DNA of 64,000 nt. Source: Malacoraja senta. Taxonomy: Eukaryota. The notes beneath the pieces are model-generated. The model saw nothing but the letters and a program-made list of their open reading frames with translations. It was not told where the DNA came from and did not search any database. How positions within the stretch are numbered: position 1 is the first letter of the stretch; each line of letters opens with the position of its first letter. The position numbers were made by a program, and so were the translations under genes. The stretch covers positions 186,001-250,000 of the forward strand of contig JAXLNO010000385.1 of the NCBI GenBank assembly GCA_038087875.1. The letters run 5' to 3'. Shown here one piece after another: positions 30,930-43,617 of the stretch.

Positions 30930-32086
30930 TGGTGGTATCAAAGTTTGTTTCTTAAAAGCAGAAAACAACAGGTAAACAACCGGTTATAGGTAAACCAAGC
31001 CAATCTTTAATCAATTCGTCAGACGGGAGTGGCAAGATCTACAAAGACCACAAACGTTGCTCAGTGTTTCTCGGGCTCCACTCACAGAACAAAGGAAAGT
31101 TAGCACAATTATACATTTTCCTTATCAGGAAAACACTCCTACCGAGTCTGAATATGGCATGATTGAAAGATTCTATAGCCTTTCAGAATATAGGAATAGC
31201 TGGGTCGAAATCAAGCTCATCCAATAACAAGTTATTGCTTATTTCTGCAGCGATAGCTATTTTTTTCAATCTTGGCTTCTTTATGGTCTTGAAAGAAGCA
31301 CATGTCATTACGCAGGTTTCCATCTTAATGTCTTTATTGAAAAGATAACTTGTCCTCCATATTGTGTTCCATATAATTTGCAGCCGTTCAGACTTAGCAC
31401 CGAGCCATTCTTTTTGTTCTATTAGACCATGCGTTCTTTACAGAAAATGCCCCTGTCCCACTTAGGAAACCTGAACGAAAACCTCTGGAGACTTTGCGCC
31501 CCACCCAAGGTTTCCGTGCGGTTCCCGGAGGCTTTTGTCCGTCTCCCTAATGGTCGAAAGTGGTTTCAGCTTCTTCTATGTTCCGGCGATTATTTCAAAA
31601 AAATTCAAAACCAGCCGCGACTAAAAATAGGTTGCCGTTTAAAAATCGGTGATTTTTTAGTCGAAGCCGGTTGCGATGCATGTTGAAGGTGGTTGCCGGA
31701 AGTTGCAGGTGGTTGCCGGAGGTTGCAGGTAGTGGAAGGTAACCTCCGGCAACTACCTTCAACTAACATCACAACCGGCTTCGACTAAAAAATTACTGAT
31801 TTTTAAAACAGCAACCTATTTTTAGTCGCGGCAGGTTTTGAATTTTTTGAAATAATCGCCGGAACATAGAAGAAGGGGAACCACTTTCGACCATTAGGGA
31901 GACGGACAAAAACCTCCGGGAACCGCACGGAAACATTGGGTGGGGCGCAAAGTCTCCAGAGGTTCCGTTCAGGTTTCTTAAGTGGGACATGGGCATAAGT
32001 TTCCATCTTATATTAGTAAGAAGAACGACTATTTTGTAAACTAGATTAGATTTGACTATTATCTCTTTCATTCCCTCCTTTTTTTT
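30930..32086 (-). mobile_element. ERV 3' LTR plus PPT, inverted copy 1 (copy 2 at 33909-35066)
   Basis: Reverse complement of 49183-50340. Confidence 0.8.
31448..31995. mobile_element. Harbinger/PIF-type fold-back MITE, ~548 bp (other copies 34427-34976 and 49274-49822), inserted in the LTR
   Basis: TGCCCCTGTCCCACTTAGGAAACCTGAACG ... CGTTCAGGTTTCTTAAGTGGGACATGGGCA; the arms pair over ~240 bp; TAA/TTA flank on one side. Confidence 0.85.
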
Positions 32087-35000
32087 AATCATATATGATA
32101 ACATTCACAGTCCTCGATAGGTACACATTGCTCGCAAGAATTTAATGGATAAAGATTAGAGCAATGATTAACAGATAGAGCAGATAGAAAAGGAAGATTG
32201 TTTGCCTTTGATATCGGTTCGATATTATTTGCTACATCTAAATTAAACAAAAAAATTTATAGGGAAAACCCTATAATATTTAGTGCCATAGGAATTTGGA
32301 AACAATTAAAAAAGACATTAAAATTAGATAATTTATCACTTTTTCTCCCAATTGTGGAATAACCCTTTGTCTAAACCCTCATGGTTGGACAGGGGTTTTA
32401 CACAATGGAAGAATTATGGAATTAAAAATATGGGACAACTTTATAATGAAGGCACTTTTCTGACATTTCAGGAGTTGCAACAGACATATGGACTTCGAGG
32501 AAATGATTATTTCAGATATCTTCAACTCAGAGATTATGTAAAATCGAATACTCAAAACTTTCGAATTAGAAATTCAGAAATTCTTGACGAATGTTGGAAT
32601 AAACATCCTAATACAGAAAAATTAATATCTTATATATATAATATCTTATTAGACAGTGACATTCATCGACGGACTTACACAGACAAACATGGGAAAAATA
32701 ATTAAATGAAATAATAACGAAAGATACTTGGGAAGAAAAGTTTACAACACATACATCAATGTTCATTAAATGCCAGACATTCTTTAATACAATTTAAAGT
32801 AATACATAGTTTGCATTATTCAAAAACAAAATTACATAAAATCTTTCAACATATCTCACCTATATGTGGTAAATGTCAACATTTAGAAGCCACCTTATCT
32901 CATATGTTTGCAAACTGTACAAAAATTAAAAAATTAAAAAATTCTGGGTAAATATTTTTAGTATAATATCTAAAGTGACCAGCACACAAGTGGACCCGGA
33001 TCCAAAATTTATAATACTCGGAACATCAGAATTAATTCAAACATTTACAACAACACAAAGACACTTTATTGATTATAGCATAATAACAGGAAACAAATTA
33101 ATTCTAAAATTTTGGAAAGGCCACAATCAAAATGTGGATTATAGAAATGACGGAGACCTTAAACGTGGAAAGAATCAGATTTTCCCTGTTGGACAAACAG
33201 GAAGTATTCGTTGGAACATGGTCTCCTTTTATTGATTATTTAAAGGGTCAGAATGGTTCAGCACGGGAACCTGACTAATGCTCGGGCTAAAAAATGGATG
33301 AAATGCTATATTCTGAAATGTACGAATATATCTCGAATGAAGTTTTTTATTTCAATACATTTTTCCACTCTTCTTTAACATCTTCTCTTTTTTTAAGTGT
33401 TTTTTTTTGTGTTTTTTTTTTTCTCTCTCTTTTTCTTCTCTCTCTTTTCTTTCTTTACTTCATCTATCTTTTTAGTTCTATCTAGTTTAAAATAAAAACA
33501 ATTTAAAAAAAAAGGCAAAAGGTATTGGAGACAATGTAATAATAAATGTGATAATATTATCAATTTAAAAATGTAAGACTGTAATGATGTTAATAGGTTA
33601 TGTACTTATCTCCAATAAAAGATATTTTCAACAAAAAAAATTCAGGTAAAAGTGGCGAGGAGGAGAGAGAGGAGGAGAGATGAGAAGAGGGGATGGGTGA
33701 GAGGAGAGTAGAGGGGAGGAGAGGAGAGAGGAATTAGAGAGGAAATGATCGTAGAAATCCTAATTTCTTCCCTCTTTCGGTCCTCTCTCCCCAAGGATTT
33801 CCGTGCTCCTCTTTGGAAAGGAAGACATATTATTATTCGTCGGGACATCCCGTAACCTTTTTGTTACCCCTCTTCCCCTCCGCCCTCCCGTCCCCCCTCA
33901 AATGGGGCTGGTGGTATCAAAGTTTGTTTCTTAAAAGCAGAAAACAACAGGTAAACAACCGGTTATAGGTAAACCAAGCCAATCTTTAATCAATTCGTCA
34001 GACGGGAGTGGCAAGATCTACAAAGACCACAAACGTTGCTCAGTGTTTCTCGGGCTCCACTCACAGAACAAAGGAAAGTTAGCACAATTATACATTTTCC
34101 TTATCAGGAAAACACTCCTACCGAGTCTGAATATGGCATGATTGAAAGATTCTATAGCCTTTCAGAATATAGGAATAGCTGGGTCGAAATCAAGCTCATC
34201 CAATAACAAGTTATTGCTTATTTCTGCAGCGATAGCTATTTTTTTCAATCTTGGCTTCTTTATGGTCTTGAAAGAAGCACATGTCATTACGCAGGTTTCC
34301 ATCTTAATGTCTTTATTGAAAAGATAACTTGTCCTCCATATTGTGTTCCATATAATTTGCAGCCGTTCAGACTTAGCACCGAGCCATTCTTTTTGTTCTA
34401 TTAGACCATGCGTTCTTTACAGAAAATGCCCCTGTCCCACTTAGGAAACCTGAACGAAAACCTCTGGGAGACTTTGCGCCCCACCCAAGGTTTCCGTGCG
34501 GTTCCCGGAGGCTTTTGTCCGTCTCCCTAATGGTCGAAAGTGGTTTCAGCTTCTTCTATGTTCCGGCGATTATTTCAAAAAATTCAAAACCAGCCGCGAC
34601 TAAAAATAGGTTGCCGTTTAAAAAAATCGGTGATTTTTTAGTCGAAGCCGGTTGCGATGCATGTTGAAGGTGGTTGCCGGAAGTTGCAGGTGGTTGCCGG
34701 AGGTTGCAGGTAGTGGAAGGTAACCTCCGGCAACTACCTTCAACTAACATCACAACCGGCTTCGACTAAAAAATTACTGATTTTTAAAACAGCAACCTAT
34801 TTTTAGTCGCGGCAGGTTTTGAATTTTTGAAATAATCGCCGGAACATAGAAGAAGGGGAACCACTTTCGACCATTAGGGAGACGGACAAAAACCTCCGGG
34901 AACCGCACGGAAACATTGGGTGGGGCGCAAAGTCTCCAGAGGTTTCCGTTCAGGTTTCTTAAGTGGGACATGGGCATAAGTTTCCATCTTATATTAGTAA

Positions 35001-35849
35001 GAAGAACGACTATTTTGTAAACTAGATTAGATTTGACTATTATCTCTTTCATTCCTCCTTTTTTTAATCATATATGATAACATTCACAGTCCTCGATAGG
35101 TACACAATGCTCGCAAGAATTTAATGATAAAGATTAGAGCAATGATTAACAGATAGAGCCATAATGTATCACAGTCCCCCAAAGTCCATCAAACCAAAGG
35201 TATAGTCACCAGTTCAATAGTACCTCAAAGTCCATCGAACCAACGGACATGGCAACCAGTTCTCATTCTCTTCATTGACCTGATGAAGCTTGTTTCGCGT
35301 TGAAGGATCAGGTGCCACCTGTCGGTGTAATCCTTTCAGCCGATATTCATGGGGTTGTGCCATAAAGTTCGCACCTGTCCGAGGGTATTGCCAGTATCTT
35401 CGGGAGAGCATTGTTCCCCATCTCGGCCCTCGGTAGGGTTCACACCTTGAGGATCGATCTGCATCGTCCCCGTTGGAACTTCCTCAGGTCAGTCTCGCAG
35501 ATGGCGCTGTTCTCAGGGAACATGTCATAGATATCTGGGATGTTGTCGTTCTCAAAGTCGTGTCTCCTCTGCCGTCACCATCGGCATCGATCTGGTCAGG
35601 GTTGGGAATAAACAGCAATTGTCCTTCTCATCAGAAACGCCATTGTTGCCATCCTCATCAATCTCCTGATTCTCATCACACTGATTACCCACCAGGTCTC
35701 AGTCATTGTCTTCCTGGTCAGGGTCGTGTATTATCTCTCTCAAGAGGTCCAACTGTTTCAAAATGTTCAGCTTCTCTCTCTCTCTAGGTCACCCGATAGA
35801 GCTCGATATGCTTCAAAATTGTTGATTAAATGTGGTTCGTCTTCATAGA

Positions 35850-37870
35850 AACATTCGAAATAGGTGCAGGATTTGGCTATTCGGCCCCGAGCCCTGCACC
35901 GCCATTTAATATGATCATGGCTGATACATAGATACATAGATACATAGAAAATATGTGCAGGAGTAGGCCATTCGGCCCTTCGAGCCTGCACCGCCATTCA
36001 ATATTATCATGGCTGATAATCCACTCAGTATCCCGTACCTGCCTTCTCTACATACCCCCTGATCCCTTTAGCCACAAGGGCCACATCTAACTCCCTCTTA
36101 AATATAGCCAATGAACTGGCCTCAACTACCTTCTGTGGCAGAGAGTTCCAGAGATTCACCACTCTCTGTGTGAAAATGTTTTTTCTCATCTCGGTCTTAA
36201 AGGATTTCCCCCTTATCCTTAAGCTGTGACTCCTTGTCCTGGTCTTCCCCAACATCGGAACAATCTTCCTGCATCTAGCCTGTCCAACCCCATAAGAATT
36301 TTGTAAGTTTCTATAAGATCCCCTCTCAATCTCCTAAGTTATAGCGAGTATAAACCGAGTCTATCCAGTCTTTCTTCATATGAAAGTCCTGACATCCCAG
36401 GAATCAGTCTGGTGAACCTTCTCTGCACTCCCTCTATGGCTATAATGTCTTTCCTCAGATTTGGAGACAAACTGTACGCAATACTCCAGGTGTGGTCTCA
36501 CCAAGACCCTGTACAACTGCAGTAGAACCTCCTGCTCCTATACTCAAATGCTTTTGCTATGAAAGCTAACATACCATTCGCTTGCTTCACTGCCTGCTGC
36601 ACCTGCATGCCTACTTTCCAATGACTGGTGTACCATGACACCCAGGTCTCGCTGCATCTCCCCTTTTCCTAATCGGCCACCATTTAGATAATAGTCTGCT
36701 TTCCTGTTTTTGCCACCAAAGTGGATAACCTCACATTTATCCACATTATACTGCATCTGCCAAACATTTGCCTACTCACCCAGCCTATCCAAGTCACCTT
36801 GCAGCCCCCTAGCATCCTCCTCACAGCTAACACTGCCCCCAGCTTAGTGTCATCCGCAAACTTGGAGATGTTGCCTTCAATTCCCTCATCCAGTTCATTA
36901 ATATAAATTGTAAATAGCTGGGGTCCCAGCACTGAGCCTTGTGGTACCCCACTAGTCACTGCCTGCCATTGTGAAAAGGACCCGTTTACTCCTATCTTTG
37001 CTTCCTGTTTGGCAGCCAGTTCTCTATCCACATCAATACTGAACCCCCAAAACGTGTGCTTTAAGTTTGTATATTATCTCTTATGTGGGACCTTGTCGAA
37101 AGCCTTCTGAAAGTCCAGATACAACACATCCACTGGTTCTCCCCTATCCACTCTACTAGCTACATCCTCGAAAAATTCTATAAGATTCGTCAGACATGAT
37201 TTACTTTCATAAATCATCGAACTCAGTATCCTCTACCTGCTTTCTCTCCATACCCCTGATCCCTTTAGCCACGAGGGCCACATTTAACTCCCTCTTAAAT
37301 ATAGCCAATGAACTGGCCTCAACTATATTCTGTGGCAGAGAAATCCAGGGATTCACCACTCTCTGTGTAAAAAATGTTTTTCTCATCTCAGTCCTAAAAG
37401 ATTTCCCCTTTACCCTTAAACTGTGACCCCCTGTTCTGGACTTCCCCAACATTGGGAACAATCTTCCTGGCATCTAGCCTGTCCAGCCCCTCAAGAATTT
37501 TGTACGTTTCTATAAGATCCCCCCTCAATCTTCTAAATTCTAGCGAGTACAAGCGAGTCTATCCAGTCTTTCTTCATATGAAAAGTCCTGCCATCCCAGG
37601 AATCAGTCTGGTGAACCTTCTCTGTACTCCCTCTATGTCAAGAATGTCCTTCCTCAGATTAGGAGACCAAAACTGGACGCAATACTCCAGGTGTGGTCTC
37701 ACCAAGACCTTGTACAACTGCAGTAGAACCTCCCTGCACCTATACTCAAATCCTTTTGCTCTGAATGCTAACATACCATTCGCTTTCTTCACTGCCTGCT
37801 GCACCTGCACGCCCACTTTCAATGACTGGTGTACCATGACACCCAGGTCTCGTTGCATCTCCATTTTCAA
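35850..37870 (-). mobile_element. Tandem CR1 RT/3' fragments (mirror of 46380-48390)
   Basis: [33 protein letters not shown] motifs. Confidence 0.9.
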
Positions 37871-37886
37871 TCCAGTTCTGTAAACT

Positions 37887-37895
37887 GGGGGGGGG

Positions 37896-37932
<37 letters not shown>

Positions 37933-38171
37933 GGGGGGGGGGGGGGGGGGGGGTGGGGGGGTGGGGGGGGGNNNNNNNNNNNNNNNNNNNNNNNNNNNNN
38001 NNNNNNNNNNNNNNNNNNNNNNNNNNNNNNNNNNNNNNNNNNNNNNNNNNNNNNNNNNNNNNNNNNNNNNNNNNNNNNNNNNNNNNNNNNNNNNNNNNNN
38101 NNNNNNNNNNNNNNNNNNNNNNNNNNNNNNNNNNNNNNNNNNNNNNNNNNNNNNNNNNNNNNNNNNNNNNN
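37887..38171. other. Poly(G) tract (37887-37971) followed by an assembly gap (37972-38171, 200 N)
   Basis: Directly visible; coincides with the inner end of the IR2 left arm. Confidence 0.99.
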
Positions 38172-38362
38172 CTCCCACACCTGTCTCACCAGCCCGTGCA
38201 CACCAGTGGCCAGCCCTACGACTGCCCGTACTGCGGTGAGGCGTTTGACAGCTCGCGGGGGTTGAGGCAGCACCGGAGGGGCCACGCCGGCGAGCGGCTG
38301 CCACCACTGCGGCAAGCGTTTCAAGAGCGCACGGGGGCTGCGGGAGCACCAGCGGATACACA
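38172..38362 (+). pseudogene. Degenerate C2H2 zinc-finger fragment
   Basis: HQPVHTSGQPYDCPYCGEAFDSSRGLRQHRRGHAGER, then shifted frame CGKRFKSARGLREHQRIH. Confidence 0.75.
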
Positions 38363-38505
38363 GACCGTGATGGAGAAGGTGAGGACAGACTCTACGATGG
38401 CAGTATAAAACTGGACCATCATTGCCTGTGGCAGATTGTGTTATCTCAGCTGCCGCAGGAAGTACATCCTCTGTTGGGCCTTTTTGACTGTGGATTCCAT
38501 GGTGC
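38363..38505 (-). mobile_element. Rex1/Babar RT fragment
   Basis: TVKKAQQRMYFLRQLR*HNLPQAMMVQFYTAIVESVLTFSITV. Confidence 0.8.
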
Positions 38506-38595
38506 CCTCCCATTGATCTGTCCAACAATGATCTATTCTACATTTTCCTTGAACTCCATTCCCTTTGTCCTGTTTTCACTCCTTACACTTCCTGT

Positions 38596-41190
38596 CTGCC
38601 AACAAATTTTCCATCCATGTCAGTACCCTACCCCCAATACCATGTGCTCCAATTTTGCCCACTAATCTCCTATCTGGGACCTTATCAAAGGCTTTCTGAA
38701 AGTCCAGGTACACTACATCCATTGGCTCACCCTTCTCCATTTTCCTAGTTACATCCTCAAAAAATTCCAGAAGATTTCACAAGCATGACTAATTAGTCAA
38801 CCCTTTGTAAATCCATGCCGACTCGGACCGATCCTGTTACTGATATCCAAATGTGCCGCTATTTCATCTTTTATAATTGGCTCCAGCATCTTCCCCACCA
38901 CCGATGTCAGGCTAACTGGTCTATAATTCCCTGTTTTCTCTCTCCCTGCTTTCTTAAAAAGTGGGATAACATTAACAGAAACTGTTACATCCACAGAACA
39001 TCCACAGAAACTGATCCTGGATCTATAGAACATTGGAAAATGATCACCAATGCGTCCACGATTTCTAGAGCCTCTTCCTTAAGTACCCTGGGATGCAGAC
39101 CATTGGGCCAATAGACAATAGACAGTAAGTGCAGGAGCCGGCCATTCGGCCCTTCGAACCAGAACCGCCATTCAATGTGATCATGGTTGATCATCCACAA
39201 CCAGTGCCCGTTCCTGCCTTCTCCCCATATCTCCTGATACCGCTATCTTTAAGAGCTCTATCCAACTCTTTCTTGAAAGCATCCAGAGAACCGGCCTCCG
39301 TCGCCTTCTCAGGCAGAGAATTCCACAGACTCACACTCCCTGTGTGAAAAGTTTTTCCTCATCTCCATTCTAAATGGCTTACCTCTTCTTAAACTGTGGC
39401 CCTGGTTCTGGACTCCCCCAACATCGGGAACATGTTTCCTCTCTCTAGCGTGTCCAAATCCTTAATAATCTTATATGTTTCAATAAGATCCCCTCTCATC
39501 CTTCTAAATTCCAGAGTATACAACCCCAGCCGCTCCATTCTATCAACATCTGACAGTCTCGCCATCCCGGCAATTAACCTGGTGAACCTACGCTGCACTC
39601 CCTCAATAGCAAGAATGTCCTTCCTCAAATTAGGGACCAAAACTGCACATAATACTCGAGGTGTGATCTCACTTGGGCCCTATACAACTGCAGAAGGACC
39701 TCTTTGCTCCTCTACTCAACTCCTCTTGTTACATTGAATGGTGGTGCTGGCTCCAAGGGCCGAATGGTCTCCTGCACCTATTGTCTATAAAATGATCACC
39801 AATGCATCCACGATTTCCAGACCTACCTCATTAGGTACCCTGGGATGCAGACCATCAGGCCCTGGGGATCTATCAGCCTTCTGCCTACACAACAGCATTT
39901 CCTGCCTAATGTGTATTTCCTTGAGTTCCTCTGTCACCCTTGGTCCTCTGACCACTAGTACATCTGGGAGATTATTTGTATCTTCCTTAGTGAAGACAGA
40001 TCCAAAGTACCTGTTCAACTCGTCTGTCATTTCCTTGTTCCCCATAATAAATTCACCTGTTTCTGTCTTCAAGGGTCCAACTTTGGTCTTATCTAATTTT
40101 TTCCTCTTCACATACCTTAAGAAGCTTTTACTATCCTCCTTTATATTTTTGGCTAGCTTCCCTTCGTACCTCATCTTTTCTCCCCGTGTTGTCTTTTTAG
40201 TTATCTTCTGTTGCTCTTTGATTGTTCCCCAATCCTCTGGCTTCTCACTCATTTTTGCTACGTTATACTTCTATTTTAATTTTATACTGTCCTCGACTTC
40301 CCTTGTCAGCCACGGTCCCCTTTACTCCCTCCCTCTTACTCCCCATGGAATCTTTCTTCCTCTTTGGAATGAACTGATCCTGCACCTTCTGTATTATTCC
40401 CAGAAATACCTGCCATTGTTGTTCCATTGTCATCCCTGCTGGGGTCTCTTTCCAATCAACTTTGGCCAGCTCCTCTCTCAATGCCTCCATAGTCCCCTTT
40501 GTTCAACTGTAATACTGACAGGGTCTGAAGAATGGTTTCGGCCCGAAACGTTGCCTATTTCCTTCGCTCCATAGATGCTGCTGCACCCGCTGAGTTTCTC
40601 CAGCATTTTTGTGTACCTATCATACTGACACTTCTGATTTTCCCCTCTCCCTCTCAAATTGAAGATTAAATCTTATCATATTATGGTCACTCCCTCCTCA
40701 TGGCTACTTTACCTTGAGTTCCCTTATCAAATCCAGTTCATTACACAACACTAAATCCAGAATTGTGTTCTCCCTGGTAGGCTCCAGTACAAGCTGCTCT
40801 AAGAATACAGCTCGGAGGCACTCTCCAAACGCCCTTTGTTGGGGTCCAGAACCAACCTGATTTTCCCATTCTATCTGCATGTGGAAATCTCCCATAACCA
40901 ATGTAGCATTACATGCCAATTTTAACTCTTGATTCAACTTGCAGCCACGTCTCTGTAATTCCCACAACATCATAATTGCCAATTTCTAACTGAGCCTCAA
41001 GCTCGTCCACTTTATTTCTTACACTTCGCGCATTCATATACAAAACCTTAACTTCGGTATTCACCTGCCCTCTCACACCGGTCACTATTGGCCCTGACCT
41101 TACTCTCTTATCCCTTCTCGAACTTTCCTTCCCATTAATTCGGGAGTCTTTTGTAACTTTTCCTGTACTCACTTCCCCTTAAACTCCATC
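38596..41190 (-). mobile_element. Decayed CR1 ORF2 5' half with nested CR1 3' fragments
   Basis: VLYMNARSVRNKVDEL...GITETWLQ, ILDLVL, YFGSVFTKED, SPGPDGLHPRV, NYRPVSLTSVVGK. Confidence 0.9.
40521..40621 (+). mobile_element. 101-bp inserted element beginning with a minimal type I hammerhead ribozyme motif; 9-bp target-site duplication
   Basis: GGGT-CTGAAGA-A-TGGT(TTCG)GCCC-GAAAC-GTT-GCCT; ATACTGACA at 40512-40520 and 40622-40630. Confidence 0.75.
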
Positions 41191-41344
41191 TTTATACTCC
41201 CAATTTGTCAATTTGTAGGGATATGCGCCAGACATTGGGCAGGTTGGACAAGTGTAGATGTGGTATGTTGGCCGGTGTGGGCAAGTTGGGCCGAAGGGCC
41301 TGTTTCCAAATTGTGTCACTCTGACCGTTCTTGCTATTCTTACA

Positions 41345-41850
41345 TAACATTCTTGCTATTGAGGGAGTGCAGCGTAGGTTTACAAGGTTAATTCCAGGGA
41401 TGGCGGGACTGTCATATGCTGAGAGAATGGAGCAGCTGGGCTTGTACTCTCTGGAGTTTAGAAGGATGAGAGGCGATCTCATTGAAACATATAAGATTGT
41501 TAAGGGCTTGGACACGCTAGAGGCAGGAAACATGTTCCCGATGTTAGGGGAGTCCAGAACCAGGGGCCACAGTTTAAGAATAAGGAGTAAGCCAATTAGA
41601 ACAGAGACGAGGAAACACTTTTTCTCACAGAGAGTGGTGAGTCTGTGGAATTCTCTGCCGCGGAGGCCGGTTCTCCGGATACTTTCAAGAGAGCGCTAGA
41701 TGGGGCTCTTAAAAATAGCGGAGTCAGGGGATATTGGGAGAAGGCAGGAACGGGGTACTGATTGGGGTTGATCAGCCATGATCACAGTGAATGGCGGTGC
41801 TGGCTCGAAGGGCCAAATGGCCTACTCCTGCACCTATTGTCTATTGTCTA
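41345..41850 (+). mobile_element. CR1 LINE 3' fragment
   Basis: ILAIEGVQRRFTRLIPGM...LWNSLP, 3'UTR and (CTATTGT)n tail. Confidence 0.9.
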
Positions 41851-42349
41851 ATACACATACACACACACATACAGTTAAAATCATTAGTACATCTATTTAA
41901 AACTCAGTAAAGGATTTAAGAGATCAAAGTTTATTCGTAAAACCTCCTAAAATGTCGCCCCCTCGCCCGATGAAGAAGGAGGGAGTGTTGGAGTTAGGGA
42001 GGGAGAGGGGGAGGGAGGTGAGGGAGGGAGGGAGGGAGAGAGGGAGGGAGGTGAGGGAGGGAGGGAGAGAGGGAGGGAGGTGAGGGAGGGAGGGACAGGG
42101 TGGAATTAATCTGTCGGAGAAAGGAGGGGGTGATTTGTTAAACTAAACAGACGGGTTGAGGGGTGCAAGGGTCGGAGCGGAGGGGGTCACAGAGATGGGG
42201 AGTGGCGGTTGAAGGGGCTGGAGTGAAGGGCGTTACAGAGAGGGTGTGTAGCGGCCAGAGGAGAGGGGGTTAGCTTTCTGACATGGTGTATTGTGGACAA
42301 AATTTGCCACATGCTCTCTAATAAAATGATAATTAATGAATATGGAGAG

Positions 42350-42703
42350 CTCTCCTCCCCACCTCCCCACCTCATCTCTCCTCCTCTCTCCTCCCCTCTC
42401 CTCCCCTCTCCTCCCCTCTTCCCCCTCCCCTCTCCTACCCTCTTCACCCCTCTCCTTCCCTCTTCCCCTCCCCTCTCGTCCCCTCTTCCCCTCCCCTCTC
42501 CTCCTCACCCTCCCATCTCCTCCCCTCTCCTCCCCTCTCCTACCCTCTCCTCCCTCCCCTCTCCTCCTCTCTCCTCTTCTCCCCTCTCCTCTCCTTTCCC
42601 TCTCCTCCCCTCTCCTCCCCTCTCCTCCTCTCTCCTCTCCTCCCCTCTCCTCTCCTCCCCTCCTCTCACCTCCTCTCTCCTCCCCTCCCCTCTCCTCCCC
42701 TCC
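42350..42703 (+). repeat. Polypyrimidine (CCTCT)n low-complexity tract; complementary purine tract at ~41995-42095
   Basis: Directly visible. Confidence 0.95.
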
Positions 42704-43069
42704 TGAAAGAGCTAATAGTCAAATCTAATATGGTTTACAAAATGGAGGAGTTCTTCTACAAAAGCATGGTCTAGTAGGTTTTGTCACAAAGTGTATGGAA
42801 AAGACTGTCTTGAAAAGACAGTGTATTGAAAAGACTGTGATGTGAATTTGCTATCAGAGAGAGTAGCCAGGATCGGGCACAACAGACTGCAAAGGTTTGT
42901 TACTAATATAAAGGATCGGGCATAACAGGCTGAAAAAGTTTGTTACAGTTTGTGTACACAGTAAGTAGTCGGGGATTGGACAGACATGGGAAATAATTTG
43001 GATAAGAGTGACGGAAAGACGGCTGTACAACACATGTTGCTTCCTGAGAACAACAAGGATTATAGAATA

Positions 43070-43375
43070 CTAGACCAAGTGCAGACCCGTTGGGTCTGTT
43101 CCCCAACGTGCGGTTGCGGGGGGGGGGGGGGGCGGCATGCGGCATCACACACATTAACCACCCACACACACACTAACTACCCCCCTTGCCAATATATTAA
43201 TATTATTAACTTGCTCCTTTTACCCCATAACTGCCCTATCTACTGACACATAGCCCCCAACTCGCAGACACGTCTAGAGAAGGAGGGGGGTAGAGAGTGG
43301 GGGGAGAGAGAGAAGGGGGGGAGAGGGAGAGGGGGAGGGAGGGATGGAGGGGGGGTGGAATAGGGAGGGGGTGGG
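43070..43375 (-). mobile_element. Non-autonomous Helitron 3' end
   Basis: Perfect 7-bp hairpin CAGACCC-AAC-GGGTCTG (43082-43098), 8 nt before terminal CTAG followed by T. Confidence 0.75.
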
Positions 43376-43454
43376 AATATGAATTATACATTTACCAAAT
43401 GTTTGGGTGATGAGTCTTGGCCAGTAGAAAGAATATGGAATGTGGAGACTATTG

Positions 43455-43617
<163 letters not shown>

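Larger units (their letters stand above)
29202..35159 (+). repeat. ~2.98-kb tandem duplication (29202-32181 and 32187-35159), left arm only
   Basis: Duplicate ORFs (29990/32975, 31163/34142); junction ACAGATAGAGC-AGATA-GAAAAGGAAGATTG; single copy in the right arm. Confidence 0.95.
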
